A program made the position numbers and the translations under genes. The notes below the pieces were generated by a model, which saw only the letters and a program-made list of their open reading frames with translations, was not told the origin of the DNA and ran no database searches. Shown here piece after piece: positions 12,825-25,980 of a DNA stretch of 64,000 nt (positions are counted from its first letter, which is position 1; every line of letters starts with the position of its first letter). The stretch comes from Azolla caroliniana. Its lineage: Eukaryota > Plantae > Polypodiophyta. The stretch lies in the NCBI GenBank assembly GCA_043228905.1, contig JBHGNT010000015.1, positions 7,998,001 through 8,062,000 of the forward strand. Direction: 5' to 3'.

Positions 12825-15699
12825 AGGATGGATTCATAGCTAGTCTTATAGGATGTGTTCTTCAATCCCTTTGGGGAATTCAATTATATGAAAAGCCATT
12901 AATTCTTAGCAGCTTGAAAAAATTGTGAGCAAGCTCCATAATTGTCAAAATTTCAGAGCAATCTTCAATATAGGATAATGCAGTGAATGGCCGGTTGTCT
13001 TGGGTGCACTGAATAGAACAAGAAGCAGATGCAGTTGCAAAGCTTGCCAGTCTTTTAACAATGGCATGCCAGACTGCTACATTCTTCGGTTCCATCTTTT
13101 CCAGTTAGTTTCTTCCCTGCATCAGCAGCAGACTTCAGGCTTGGTTAAAGCACAAAACTAGAAATGAAGTGCTTTTTAGCTCCAGAAACTTCCCAGCCTA
13201 TTTATAAGAAAACGCAGACTTCAGCTACTATTACAACTGTTACTAGGGCAATCTGATGGTTATAAGAGTTGCTATGCTGATCTATATAATCATGGATGGA
13301 TTCTGGGGATAACAACTAAAATGAAGTAAAGTGTCCAGAAGGGCTCTTCATTTGTGAAAGGAATCAATGCAAAACTATTATATTCTATAATATCGAGCGC
13401 TGAATTGCTCTTTCAGCAGTGTTTCATCAGGTCAGTGAATGGAACTTCTCTTTCGACAGATTATCATACAGCCCTATGAAGTCATTCTATGTCATTCAAA
13501 CCTGATATGCTGGAATCATGGACGGATCATTCTCTCATGCTTCGAGTGTTTGGAATATGTATGGTTCCATGGTCATCTTGGAGAACTTCTCTAAGTGTTT
13601 GTATTCTATATATTGGCGCACGAGTGGGGTTTCCCATTATTTGTATACCAAATAATATTGTGATGATGCATTGGCTATTTCCATATTTTCATGTTATGAA
13701 CCTTGGGATACATACCTGTGCACATAACAATACGATGCATTTTCTACTCAACTTTGCAGTGAAGAATATTTTAAAATTTCTGAAAGGCTTCAGTGAGAGC
13801 TGTCTTCAATTATGCTGCCTCCCGTCCACAAAGGAAATCCTGTTTTTAAAGCATGAAGTTCACCATATGTTAAAAAGTGAACCTGTTTTTTTAATATCAT
13901 TACTTTGCCAACCACCAAGGCTTTTTAACACAAATAGAGTATAAATCTTGTTTTTAACCTCTTAGCTTTTTAGCATGATAACCATTTAATCCTAATGTTC
14001 TTTCTTAGGCATCAATTGTTTCAAATAAAGCAAGTCTCTTCCTAGCCTTTGAAACCTTAGTAATAACCAAAATTGTGCTTGAATGCTAACAGTGACCGCG
14101 AAGGTTTTGGAATGGATTGCTACGGTATGAGAACTTCAATGTGGTCATCTGTAAATGTGTTTTCATAGATGTGGCAATAGTTATACGGGAGGTTGTAGTT
14201 TGTGTCAGGAATATCTATCTAATGTGTCTCCTCTTTGAATGGAAGGACATTCATTTCTGAATGAAATCTTTGCTCATCATGAGGTTGCAAATTGGTTTAT
14301 TGAAGACTAGATGATAGCTATGTTCAGGAATTGAATCTTTGTACCTTAATTTAGGTGATGTAAAGCTTCAAGAGGTCAACTGATTTCCTTACTGCATGCT
14401 TATTGCTCTTTGATCTGATGGTAACGTTGTTCTTTTTTTAGTTGTAGCATAAAAAAGTCTCTAGGTAGGTAGTTCACGCAATCAATCATAACTTTAGGTA
14501 AAAACTAAGACAAAAAAATAAGAGTTCATAACTACTAATATCTGATGATTGATGCTTGATCTATTTTCATACTTATATCTTACAAGCTTTTTGCACTAGA
14601 TTTCTATTTGTTTTGTTATATCTTTATTGAGCTAGTAGTGTACATTAAATTAATAAAACTAGATCTTATGTAATAAACATAGCTCACACAATCATAACCA
14701 ATGTGAACACGTCTACAGGAATATCCACCAAGAATTGATTAAATCAGACATTTTGCTTGCAGTAATCTCTCCTTTGTGTTACATTAATAAATACCATCTG
14801 ATAATTTCAGCTAGCTAGAAGGCCATGTCATTTTTATTTATCTTGAACCATCCTGGTTACAAATATGAAATTTATTCAAGAAAATACACAACACCACACA
14901 ATTATCCATTCATTTTATACCATGTTGGAAATGAACAAAGAGGATCTTGAAAAATGACAATGGCAACCTAATTTCTGGCATTTCACTCTTGGCATAAATG
15001 AGTAAATCTTACAACATGATTGACTGATCCATTCAGTTACATGTAACCCATATCTTGGGCCTCTACCAATATCCTTGTTAGTGATGATACAAACAAGTAG
15101 TCTACCAATATTATCCACTGTGGAGAGGATCATCACCCAGTGCACACAGATGGGAAAACAACATTTGATTATCTTTTTGACAAAGAATGGACCAGTCACC
15201 TGGCAATTATATGGTCAGCAGAAACCAATCCCGCATCGTTCTGAGTACAACATTAGTCATGGATTTCAACATGCAATCCATTTCTAAAGTGTTAAAGCAC
15301 CTCCTTCACTTAAAAGTATTAACTAAAATCCCTATAATAATACCTTCTCTTAATACAAGGTATATACATCATTGGTAGAGAGAGCACATAATCCATGTGC
15401 TAATCTGACCACAAGTTCAATAACAAAAAATTTATTCTAGGAAAAGGGTCATTTAGGGGCATAAAATCATCTCATCAAAAGTTGAACAGACAAAAGGAGA
15501 TGCGATTTGCAATCAAAATCAGAGAAAAGTAAGAGCAAGGAAATAAACATGATTAACGACGCATTAAGAGTAAAAGAAAGTCTAGAAACCAACAGTGCAA
15601 ATTATGCAACTGGAAGAGCTTTATTAAGGCATAAAACATTATCATTCATTGCTTTTCAAAGAGTTTTTAAATTAATGGAAAGGCAGCTATCCACAGGGA

Positions 15700-16200
15700 C
15701 GGTATGATGCCATTGCATTAAAATAAGTCTTGTGGCACGGTACAGAAGACATCATTCCCGAGTCACCCATTTCATTTCACTTAATCCATTTGACCATCAT
15801 ATAAATTGAGTCTTAGAAAAAACCCTCTTTAACAGTAACAGCTTTGGACAAAGCCCTCAACTATTCCTCTCAGACTCTAGCATCATCATTTGCATTTCAA
15901 CTTCTTCCGGATGGCTTAATTATTTCTTGATATCTGAGTGAAAGTCCAAATTTCAATACAATGGCAATCAATTTTTTCCACATAAAACATGATTGATAAT
16001 CTACCCTTGAGACTTGGTGAAAGAAAGTATCCACACATTTTCAATATCCATAAGCGTTTTTAATCAAATCTCTTTCTATGCTTTATATTATTGAACCCTT
16101 TCCTCGGTAAACAGTACAAATAGAAAAGGGTACATGGCATCTAAGTTAATTCAACCTGTTGAGATCAAAACCTGTTAATTCAATCTTTTCATGTAAAAGC
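15700..16200 (-). mobile_element. Possible highly decayed L1-type RT relic
   Basis: Only weak minus-strand remnants (PFLFV-like near 16110, ADD-like near 15885); no ORF. Confidence 0.3.
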
Positions 16201-16841
16201 ATAGCCTGAAAAACTCCTGCACTACATTTCACATTAGCACACTTTGTCATGGACTTCAAACAGTATTGACTAACTGATATATACTATTAACCAGCATCCT
16301 TTCCTTGCCACACTTGATAACATCGAAGGGAACCTGTAAACAAAGCTAACAATTAGATCTAAACATAGGATTACTCCATAGAATCATGGAAACCTCAAAC
16401 CTGCATCTAATAGACATGAGCACTTCCTGCTTTTTGAAGGCTAACTAAAAAAATGAAGCTCTCCATTCAAATAATCACACCATGCATGCACAACAAGGAC
16501 ACTCAAACACATTACACAATAAACAAAACACAAACACATACACACACATTCACATACACATCCACGCACACATTAGTGTACAAAAAGATATATGCATACA
16601 TATACACATATATACAGACAGACAGACATGTACATGTACATGTATGTACGTATATTATGTATGCGTATATGTAAGAAACTAAATCTAAAACTTCAAAACT
16701 TGCAATGAATAGGTCATCCTCAAAAACCAGCAAACCTGCACAAAATCAAATTACATGTGAGCTACATACAAAGTAGCTGCCACACCAGCACAAAAAGGAG
16801 GGACTCATATGGAAACATTTAGGCAAAAGATTACCTGCACA

Positions 16842-18726
16842 TTATTGTTGATATCCATCACCGTTCTCATCATTAGAATGCCGTTGCCCATCTCGCTCTC
16901 GATTCCATTGTTCAATTTTTGCTCTCCTTTCAGCACTTCCTTCCCTAACAGGACTTTTATGTGACCTATGACCCCTATCTTCTTCTTCAGGTCTCCTATA
17001 TCGCCGCCCATTTCTTTCATGTCTATGACCATCTGCATCACTGTGCCTATAACCTCGGCCTCCACTGTAAGAATGACGATGGTCATCATGATACCTTTCT
17101 CGTATTGGACTTCGGCTCCTGCTTCGGCTATTATAGCTGCTATGCTTTCTATAACTTCTAAATAGCTTTCTCCGCAGCTCCCTTCTCAAAAAAAGAAAGC
17201 CTTGTATTGTAGCTCATCAACACTACTTTCTTTTGCAGAAAGAAGAAATGGCAAGGAGATGGAGGCAGAAAAGAAGACTCAATTACCTGCTTATCTGTTT
17301 TAAATGCATAAAGTTGCAATAACCTTCTCTGTTGCAACAATTTTCCTCATACTGCCTGCACGTGGCTTCTCTGAAGTCTGTTACTGGAGAGAATTCGACA
17401 ACAATAGGCCGCCCTGCACCCAATAGGATAACTTGATCGATGGGTACTCAATTCTAGCTTCTAGTGTTCAGGAAACCAGTTTCTAAAGTTTCTATTAAAA
17501 TCCTGTACATTTCTGGTTCTCCTAGTTTCATACATAAATAAATAAATAATTTGAGCTTGAGGACAAGCAAATACCAGCATAAAATCGCCCTGTCATCCCT
17601 CGTAAAGCTGCTGCTGCCTGATCTTCCTCTCGAAAATGAGCATATACATTACCAATCTGCATACCCATTTAATCCAATTATGGATTGTTTTTCATGTAAA
17701 GAAAGCCCCAAGCATTGATAAAATATATACATACATATGTGTGTGTGAGCACTCACCATATGATCAGCCATGTTGTCGCATACATTCAAGTTCTCCAGCT
17801 CACCAAACTTGCTAAGTTCTTCAAAAATGTCTTCATAGAAATCCTGAAGGGAAGGGGGGGATCAAAGTCAGGAACCTTATGAAGCATATAATGCCAACAT
17901 ATGCACGGGAACACGATAGGAAAAACAGTCATTTTGTCACAAGAAGTTGAAGAGGAGTCCTATAAAAGCAAGTTCAACCGAGATGCCTGTCAAAATTTTC
18001 ATCTTTGCGGATGGAAATATTCAGAAAGGGAACAAATTACAGAAGCATATATGGAGGTATGATAATCTCTCATAATTTCGTATATGGAAAATAAAATACT
18101 GTGAGTGTAAGTAAGATGGAAGCATTTACACACGGGAATGGCAATATGCAGATTTTATACAGAAAATCATCCCATAAAGCCATAGTATTTTTTTCTCTCA
18201 TAGGTTTGGGACCATTCTCTTCGAAAAATCTAAATATTGGTAATATTCTTCTCAAGATTTTCCGAAGTGCAAAAGCCAACATATTAAGTTACATAAGCAA
18301 GATTCTCTGGCTCATTATCATATTGCTTGTTGTTAATGTGAGGATTCCAGATGCGAGAGTGAGCATGGCGGAAGAATGCACACGCTAAAACAAGAAGAAG
18401 GAAGTCGAAATTTTGCAATTTGGCGTTTGTTAAGTTGAGTTGAGTTGAGTTGTTGTGGAGGGAGAATAAAGAAGAATAGGAAATACCTCAAAATGCTCCT
18501 GGATCTTGTGAGGATCCATGGTTGTGTTGGGGAGTTCGATGCCGAGAGCAGTGGTGTAGTCAGGGCGTTGGTACATGTTGGAGAAGAGGAGTGTGGGGCT
18601 GACGGAGGGGCGGTTGTGGATGCGAGAGCAACGGTCTCCATGCCGGCATGCCCCGATCTTGAAGTAGAAGGGGCAATTCACGCGGTCCTTCTCCGTGCCA
18701 AAGATGGATGCCAAGTGCTCCGCCAT
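16842..18726 (-). CDS. U2AF35: Splicing factor U2AF small subunit (U2AF35); exons 18726-18487, 17843-17757, 17656-17575, 17413-17287, 17181-16842
   Basis: [35 protein letters not shown] (CCCH finger 1), UHM domain ..[15 protein letters not shown].., [19 protein letters not shown] (finger 2), RS region and the plant C-terminal motif [18 protein letters not shown]; all introns GT-AG. Confidence 0.95.
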
Positions 18727-19109
18727 TCAATCAATTAATTGCCAAGTGCTCCCCTCCTGTAAACTAACTAAAAACTCTAAAGAAGAAGATGAGAGCAGAC
18801 TGCCCAACTCCGCCCCAACTCCACCCCACCCCACCCCACCCCAGAGGAGGGATGGAAACCAAAGAAGACGAGAAGATATATATGTATACGTATATGTATA
18901 TGTATATGTATGTCTGACGTTCGTAGCGAGCAAGTTGGAAGTGGGGAGAGGGAGGAAAGAAGAGAAAAGAAAAGAAAAAGGGAAGAAGGAAGGCGTCTCT
19001 GCCGGCCTGCCTCTGTTTGTCTTAGTATTATGTATATGTAGTACTTCTCCTCTGTTTTTAGGGCCTGACTTACCATTAACAAAACAATTTCTTCTTCTTT
19101 TTAAACCTA

Positions 19110-19141
<32 letters not shown>

Positions 19142-19227
19142 ACCACCACCACCACCACCACCACCACCACTACATACTATGTACTACATTTTCTTTCCTT
19201 CCTTCTTTCTCCATGCCTCCTTTTGAC

Positions 19228-21650
19228 TATGAACCATAACGATATGGATACGCCTCGACAAGCTCCCCATTTGGAGTTCCATATTCCCCATGACTAATGA
19301 GCCTCCACATTCCACAAGGTTCTAGTGAGAGAGTGTGTGTTTTAGTGAGTTAATGAAGACACAGAGTGACCTTATAAAAAGCACCCTCCTCCTACTTTGT
19401 AATAGTCGGTTAATCTCCTTTGTAATACTCGTATCGTTGTAATTGTTCTCCACTTCTTGGTAATACATACATCCATCTTGAGTACTTCATTTTTCTATCT
19501 ACCTATCTAGATTGTGTTTCTCTTCTCTCCTCTCCTCTCCTCTTTCCACACACACACAACACAACACAAATCCTTAATCTATTCCACTGCATAGAATCAC
19601 ACTCGATTCATTACATGGTATCAGAGCGCGTGGTTTAGCATATCCACTAAGCCCACCCGACTCATAGTGGTTGTGCATTCAATACGCCGACGACAAATCC
19701 AGCTATCAGCTATCGTAGTGCCACTACATAGCTCGTGTCTAAAGAAGAAGAAGAAGAAGAAGAAGGAAATCTTCATCAATATAATGAATACTCAAATGGC
19801 CAACGGTCTCCCTAGCGAGAAGTTGGACAAAAACAACTTTGCATATTGGGAGTACAAGATGCACCAATACCTTGTCGGCCAAGGCTATTGAGGCTACATT
19901 CAAGGAGCACAAGAAAACAAACCCGACCCAAAGGATGTTGACTACTCAACATGGGAGCAAGCGGCAAGCCGAGTGATGTATTTCTTGGCAACATGTGTCC
20001 ATGACCACATGCTCCGCTACATTCGAGAAGTCAAAACACCGAAGGAAGCGTGGGAAAATCTAAGGAAGATTTTTGCGGCCAACACGACCGCAAGAAAGCT
20101 TCAACTCCGCCAAGAGTTGAACAACATCCAACAAAGAGAGATGTCCATCACAAGCTACAACTTGAAGATCAAGGAGCTTTGTGAGTCACTCGGCTCGATA
20201 AACGTCAACGTGGAGGATGATGAGATGGTGCAAATATGCCAACTAGGCGGCCTCGCACCATGGTTTGGCGCGATGACAACAAACGTTCTAGCAAGGGAGA
20301 ACCATCCCTCTTTCTTTGATCTTCAATCAATGTTATTGGTTGAAGAAAACCATGTTCGAACCAAGAGCAACACCTCGGAAGGTCAAATGCTCTACACACA
20401 CTCGGACGGAGGAAGAGGACGCAATCGATCAAGAAGAGGCCAAATTGGCCAAGGATGAGGTGGACGAGGTCCGACCTATGAAAATAATTCCCAATTTCAA
20501 CAAGAAAACGAAAACAGTTGAGAAACGTTCAGAAGAAGGGGGAGCTACCATGCTGATCCAAGCCGACAAAACAACTCAATCGAATGTGGATATTGTGGTA
20601 AAATCGACCACCACGAAGAGGAATGTCGGAAGAAGAAGTGTGAGTCAGCTTCCACAACCCGAAAACTAACTAATTAGCCCACCAACTCTGACTATGATGA
20701 CCATGGCGGAATGTTCGTGATGAGACATAGAGCAAATTATATGTCAGCTTCTATCTAGTATGGAAGTCGTATGGTTCGTTGACTTTAGTGCTTCGAACCA
20801 TATGACGCCTCATCAAGAATGGTTCTGAGACTTACGCGAGCCTGATCGGCCCGACTATGTTGAGACCAGAGATGACACTACTCATCCGATTCAGCACATC
20901 GGCAATGTCCCATTTGGCAAAGAAGGCAACTCCAGGCACTTTTGGATCTATCCAATGCGTCACAAGAATGAAGTGTTCATACACTTCCAAAAGTTCAAAA
21001 GAGGAGTCGAAAAGGAAACTGACCAACATATTTGGTGCCTTCGATCAGACGGAGTCAAAGAGTATTTCTCCAATGAATTTTTAGCCTTCCCTCACAAAGA
21101 AGGAATTCGGCGAGAATTTTCGTGTCGACATACATCACAACAAAACGGAGTAGTTGAACGCAAAAATCGGCACATCCTCGAAGTAGCACGAGCCATGCTG
21201 AACGAAAAGCACATGCCAAAGTCGTATTGGCCCGAAGCAACATGCACAACCGTCTACCTAATGAACTGATGTACGACATCCAACGTGCACAAACTTACCC
21301 CTCATGAGAAGTACTATGGAAAGAAACCATATCTAATCCCATGTAAGGATATTCGGCTCAATTGCATACGTGCACATTCCCGAGGAAAAGCGGCAAAAGC
21401 TATATCAAAGGTCCAAGAAATGTATCATCATAGGATACTCATTGGAGCAAAAGGGGCATAAATGCTTCAACCCCTCTACTCGCAAAGTTCGTGTAAGTCG
21501 AGACATAGTATTTGACGAATCCGAGCCAACTCCCCCCGAACAAATCACGATCGATTTTGAAGACAACCCGGACAAAGACGAACCACTAATGGCAATAGCT
21601 GAAGGAGAGTCTGATCTCAACCAAATTGAGTGGACCACAAGAGCTTGATG
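19228..21650 (+). mobile_element. Truncated Ty1/copia element: 5' LTR (ends 19615), PBS tRNA-iMet 19616-19627, degenerate gag-PR-INT
   Basis: ...TTACA TGGTATCAGAGC; EKLDKNNFAYWEYKM gag start, CxxCxxxxHxxxxC knuckle, LRSDG..EY and QQNGVVERKNRHI integrase motifs. LTR start approximate. Confidence 0.88.
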
Positions 21651-22430
21651 GAACCGCACTTCATCGTCCTTGGGCAAGGCTTACTACAAGGTTGTCATGG
21701 ACATGTTGCCGCTTGTCTACGTACTATCCATAATAAGTACGTGATCAATGACATCCTCAGGTGGTTTCCTTGTAAAATCGACCACCGCTAAGGTTGTCCG
21801 CATGGGCTCGCGAAGGGCCGACAAAAATGTTTCTTTAAGTTCATCCGCTGGGGGTGACAGTGTTAGCTGGCACCGGAGACTTTGGAAGCGAATAACGAAC
21901 TGTGGAACGGTTCCGTGGGCGTCCTAGCAGATTGCGTAAAACTAACTCATCAATTCACGTTGTGGGATCTGATGATGGAATAGTCGGAGGAACTTATCCT
22001 TCCACTGGTCAAAATTGGGGAATTTTGCCAAGTCGTGTTGCGAATACCAGTTCGCCGCCTATCCATCCAAGGATAACCCGAACTTGGCTATTTTGGACGC
22101 ATTCGTGTCGGCCTCCATAGCCGTTGGGACTCGTGGTTGGCTTGCCACGTGGTTAGGAAGGCGCGCATGTGCGTCTCCACGTCTGTCGTATGCGCTACCC
22201 GTATGAATCAAAGTACTATGACTCTGACTGTTGTGGAAACTGAACCTGAGCCGGCTACAACTGACTAGTGACGTGCACAATACGCAAAGCACATAAGGAC
22301 TCTCAACATAGATAAAAACTTTTGACACAAGACACAGAAACATAGTATGAGCAAATAGATTTCTTTTATCAAAGAGCAACTCGATACAGTACAAATCGAT
22401 CCAACTTTACATCCTTTCCATGTCCCTTTT
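21650..22430 (-). mobile_element. Internally deleted gypsy gag/LTR relic related to 1850-3900
   Basis: EADTNASKIAKFGLSLDG; shares GAGCCGGCTACAA..GACTAGT with ~3725-3747. Confidence 0.7.
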
Positions 22431-22539
22431 CTTAGGATCGGAACCGGCCACAACCGGTTTCTCGTATGTATATTCGGGTGCAAAGAGTCGAGTAAGATAG
22501 TACACAAACAGAAAACAAAAAGTCAAAGAGACACAAGAT

Positions 22540-23484
22540 AATGGTGTAATCGATCACCGTCATATCCCTCTGTCGGATATTGTTGAGCTCTTGATGGAAC
22601 TGCAACTTCCGGGTTGTGGTACTCGCGGCGAAAATCATCTTCAAATTTTCCCAGGCCTCCTTTGGCATCTTTGCATCCTGAATGTAGCCCAACATCTGAT
22701 CGTGCACACAGGATGCAAGGCAGTACAAGACTCTACTTGTCGCCTACTCCCACATTGGAAAATCCTTGTGTGTCGATTCTGGCGCTACTTCGTTTTCTCC
22801 ATGGATTAACTCTAGTAGCCATGCCCGAGCAGGTACTAGTGCATCTTGTACTCCCAAGATGCGTAGTTGCTTCTATCCAACTTCTCTATAAGAAGATCAC
22901 TACCCATTCCTCTATCCATTTTCTTCTTGTATGTTCTTGTCTGGGGATTAAGGTTTCTCTGTGATGAAACACTTGTCAACAGCAGAGGATTCTCAACCCT
23001 TGCGCTCTAATACCATGTAAAGATTTAAGTGCGGAAGCTAAATAGAACACAACTGACTCAGTTAGACAGGAGTAGAGAAAACACAGAAAATCAATGGAGA
23101 AACACAGAACACATGAGAGACTGAGAGACCAGAAGACTCAAACCTCAATTCAAAAATAATATGCTCTGTACATACAAGTGTGCTCAGAGAGCACTTTTAT
23201 ACAAGCCTTGACTATGGGCTCACACAAGTATTATCATTACTTTAATGCTCATGAACGAGCCTGACACTAACTCGGCCCATAATATTCCTATTTACTAACA
23301 TAGGAATGTAGGCCCCTAACACTATAACTACCTACTAAACTAGGAGTGTAGGCATTTAACGGTCTGCCGACTCCTTGCGGATCCGGCTCTCCGATCCAAT
23401 CCAGGCGTAACCGATCAATCTTCATCCAATCCGATTCTCAGCTTGTTCATCCGATCCAGCCCATGTTGAGCTTGCTTCTCAACA
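22540..23484 (-). mobile_element. Copia 5' fragment in reverse orientation: LTR 23016-23484, PBS 23004-23015, gag start; same family as 25588-31056
   Basis: Minus strand TGTTGAGAAGCAAGCTCAAC...TTTACA TGGTATTAGAGC; gag YCLASCVHDQML..EAWENLK. Confidence 0.85.
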
Positions 23485-23616
23485 ATTAGCAACATCTACA
23501 ACAACTAGTATCAACGCGACCTTGCTGTCCAGCGGCAACAAACAGTAGAAAAGATTGAGAAGAGAAGCTATCCAGTTGAAAGGAAATACTAGGCCAACAA
23601 AATCTACTTTAAGAAA

Positions 23617-24932
23617 ATGGCAACACAATCTGGCACAAATGTGGAAATCCAGAAGTTTGATGGACAAAACTTCGCCCTATGGAAAGAGATGACCCAAGAT
23701 TTACTCATCATCTGGCGTCAAATCAAGGCCATACGTCACAATAACAAACTGGCCTCGATGACTGTAGAAGAATGACGTTCACTAGACGAGATAGCCAAGT
23801 CGACCATTTGAATGCATCTAGCCGAGAACGTCTATTTTAGCATGGCCAAGGAGATAACAAAATTCTCTTTGTGGGAGAAACTTCAAGCCATATACAAGAA
23901 AACATCCTCCTCGTCGAAACTCATATTAATCCAACAATTGTTCAATATGAAGATGAGAGAGATTGATCCGGTGATCTCCCACATCAACACCTTCGGCCGG
24001 GTGTTGTCTGAACTCTCCTCTCAAGGGGTTAACTTCAAAGAGGAAGTTGAATCCCTTGCCCTCTTTTCGAGCTTGCCAACAAGTTGGGAGGTATTATGCA
24101 CGACATTCGCCAATAGCTACCCAAACCTGAACCTGGACGGAACGATTGGCCAAGTCCTCACAAAGGATATACGACGAAAATCAATGGGACTCAGCATCGA
24201 CAATCAACATAAGCCCATTACTCAACTGAGTCAATCGAACGAACCGGCCAAGCGAGAGAACAAGCTGAAAGAACTGGTTGAAACACCAATCGACTGAGGA
24301 GGAAGGAAGACCAACAATGGTCAAAGTCGAGGAATAGTCAATCAAGTGATTTCTGCACTCACTGCAGAAAGACTAGTCACAAAGTTTCCAACTGTTGGTC
24401 CATAAAGAGAAAGGAGCATGGTCAGTGATTCGATCAGACACAAGGACAATCCTATTCGAACCATTCTCCAACTAGCAACCAAATCAACATCGCCAAATCT
24501 CGGTCGAAAGAAATCCTCTCCCTGGAAGAATCATCGACCGGTGAAGTCCTATATAGCGCTCAAGATGCGTGAATGTGGCTAATGGATCTGGTGCCACATT
24601 TCACGTGACCCCCAACATTGAATGGTTCTCAAACTATTCGGTCGATCGTCAGAGCCAACGGCATAGTCCGACTAGGCAACGGGCAAGAGTGCGCAATCAT
24701 AGGGATCAGAGAAGTTCCCATCCAATTGTCGAATGGCAATACTATCACCGTGCACCGAGTCCGGCATGTACCCGATCTCAAAAGGAGTCTTGACTCCATT
24801 GACATGTTAGCCGAAGACGGGTACCGAACGACTCTCAGTAAGTCGTCATGGACAATCCGCCACGAAAACATGAAAATCAGGAGCGTATGCAAGCACAACA
24901 ATGTGTATCCACTAATGGTGACTAGTCCATAA
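23617..24932 (+). mobile_element. Degenerate copia gag-protease of a second lineage (Tnt1-like)
   Basis: EIQKFDGQNFALWK, LWEKLQAIY, LFNMKM, zinc knuckle near 24355, GSGATFHVTP..WFSNY protease, VRHVPDLKRSL. Confidence 0.8.
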
Positions 24933-25587
24933 GGCAAACAACTAACCTACACCAGGCTTTGCATATTCAGGATAGACATAGATATGGAGTCAAATGATGG
25001 TAGTGAAAAACTTGTAGATAGTTTTGAGAAAGTACAATGTGACAAATTTCAGTCAACATCTAGGCATAATGACCATATCCGAAATCCTAACCCTAACCCT
25101 AACGCCAAAATAATTCCTAACCTAAGAACTAACCCTAACCCTAACCCTTGAATAGTAAACCCGAAGCCTCCACCACAAGGTAACCGTGGATCATCCAGCG
25201 ACCGCAACCATCCTCAATTCATCTGCAAAATAAATAATAATCAAGTTAGCATGAACTCTTATCCTCACAACCTCAACCATAGAAACCCAAAAGTATTATT
25301 CTATAGACCCAACGAGCTTCTAGTGGGCCCGAACACAAACTCGGCCTACCCTCACCTTAACACGAGGGCAAAACCACCATTCCCGAACTCCAACTTTACC
25401 ACACATGCTTCCCCTCATACAGGTCCTTTGCATCATCCACCACAGGATCTCCATCGGCAACCATCATCACTATTCAACGGCAACAACGACATGAACCACT
25501 ATACACTAGCATGCCCATAGACCACACATGGAGTGCCCTCGTCTCTAATCCATAGTTTCCACTCATCGACCGCACCTGCAAGATTTT

Positions 25588-25917
25588 TGTTGAGCGGCAA
25601 GCTCAACCAAATCCGAATCGGCATCCAGAAGGATGAGCCGGATCAGTGAGCCAGTGAGCAAGTGAGCTGGTTAGCCGGATCAAGCAGTAACCGGAAGCCT
25701 AGTAGCAGCCTAGACTACTAGGTAGTTAATGTCTTGTAGTTAGTGTCAGAAGCCCGTGTGATCATTGAAGTACATTGTACCTCTGTCAGTCCTCTTAGGA
25801 CTTGTATAAATAGTGTTGTTGAGCACGTTGTATGTACAGAGAATTTTACAGAGTTGTTGATAATAGATTTAAGTTGTTCTGCTCTTTCTCGGTCTCTCCT
25901 GCATACCTTCTGTGTGT

Positions 25918-25980
<63 letters not shown>

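Noticed and set aside
25085-25148. Interstitial telomeric (CCCTAA)n repeats
   Set aside because: Only two runs of 2-3 units, readable as Asn-Pro codon repeats in a decayed low-complexity ORF; not enough for a telomere-derived call.
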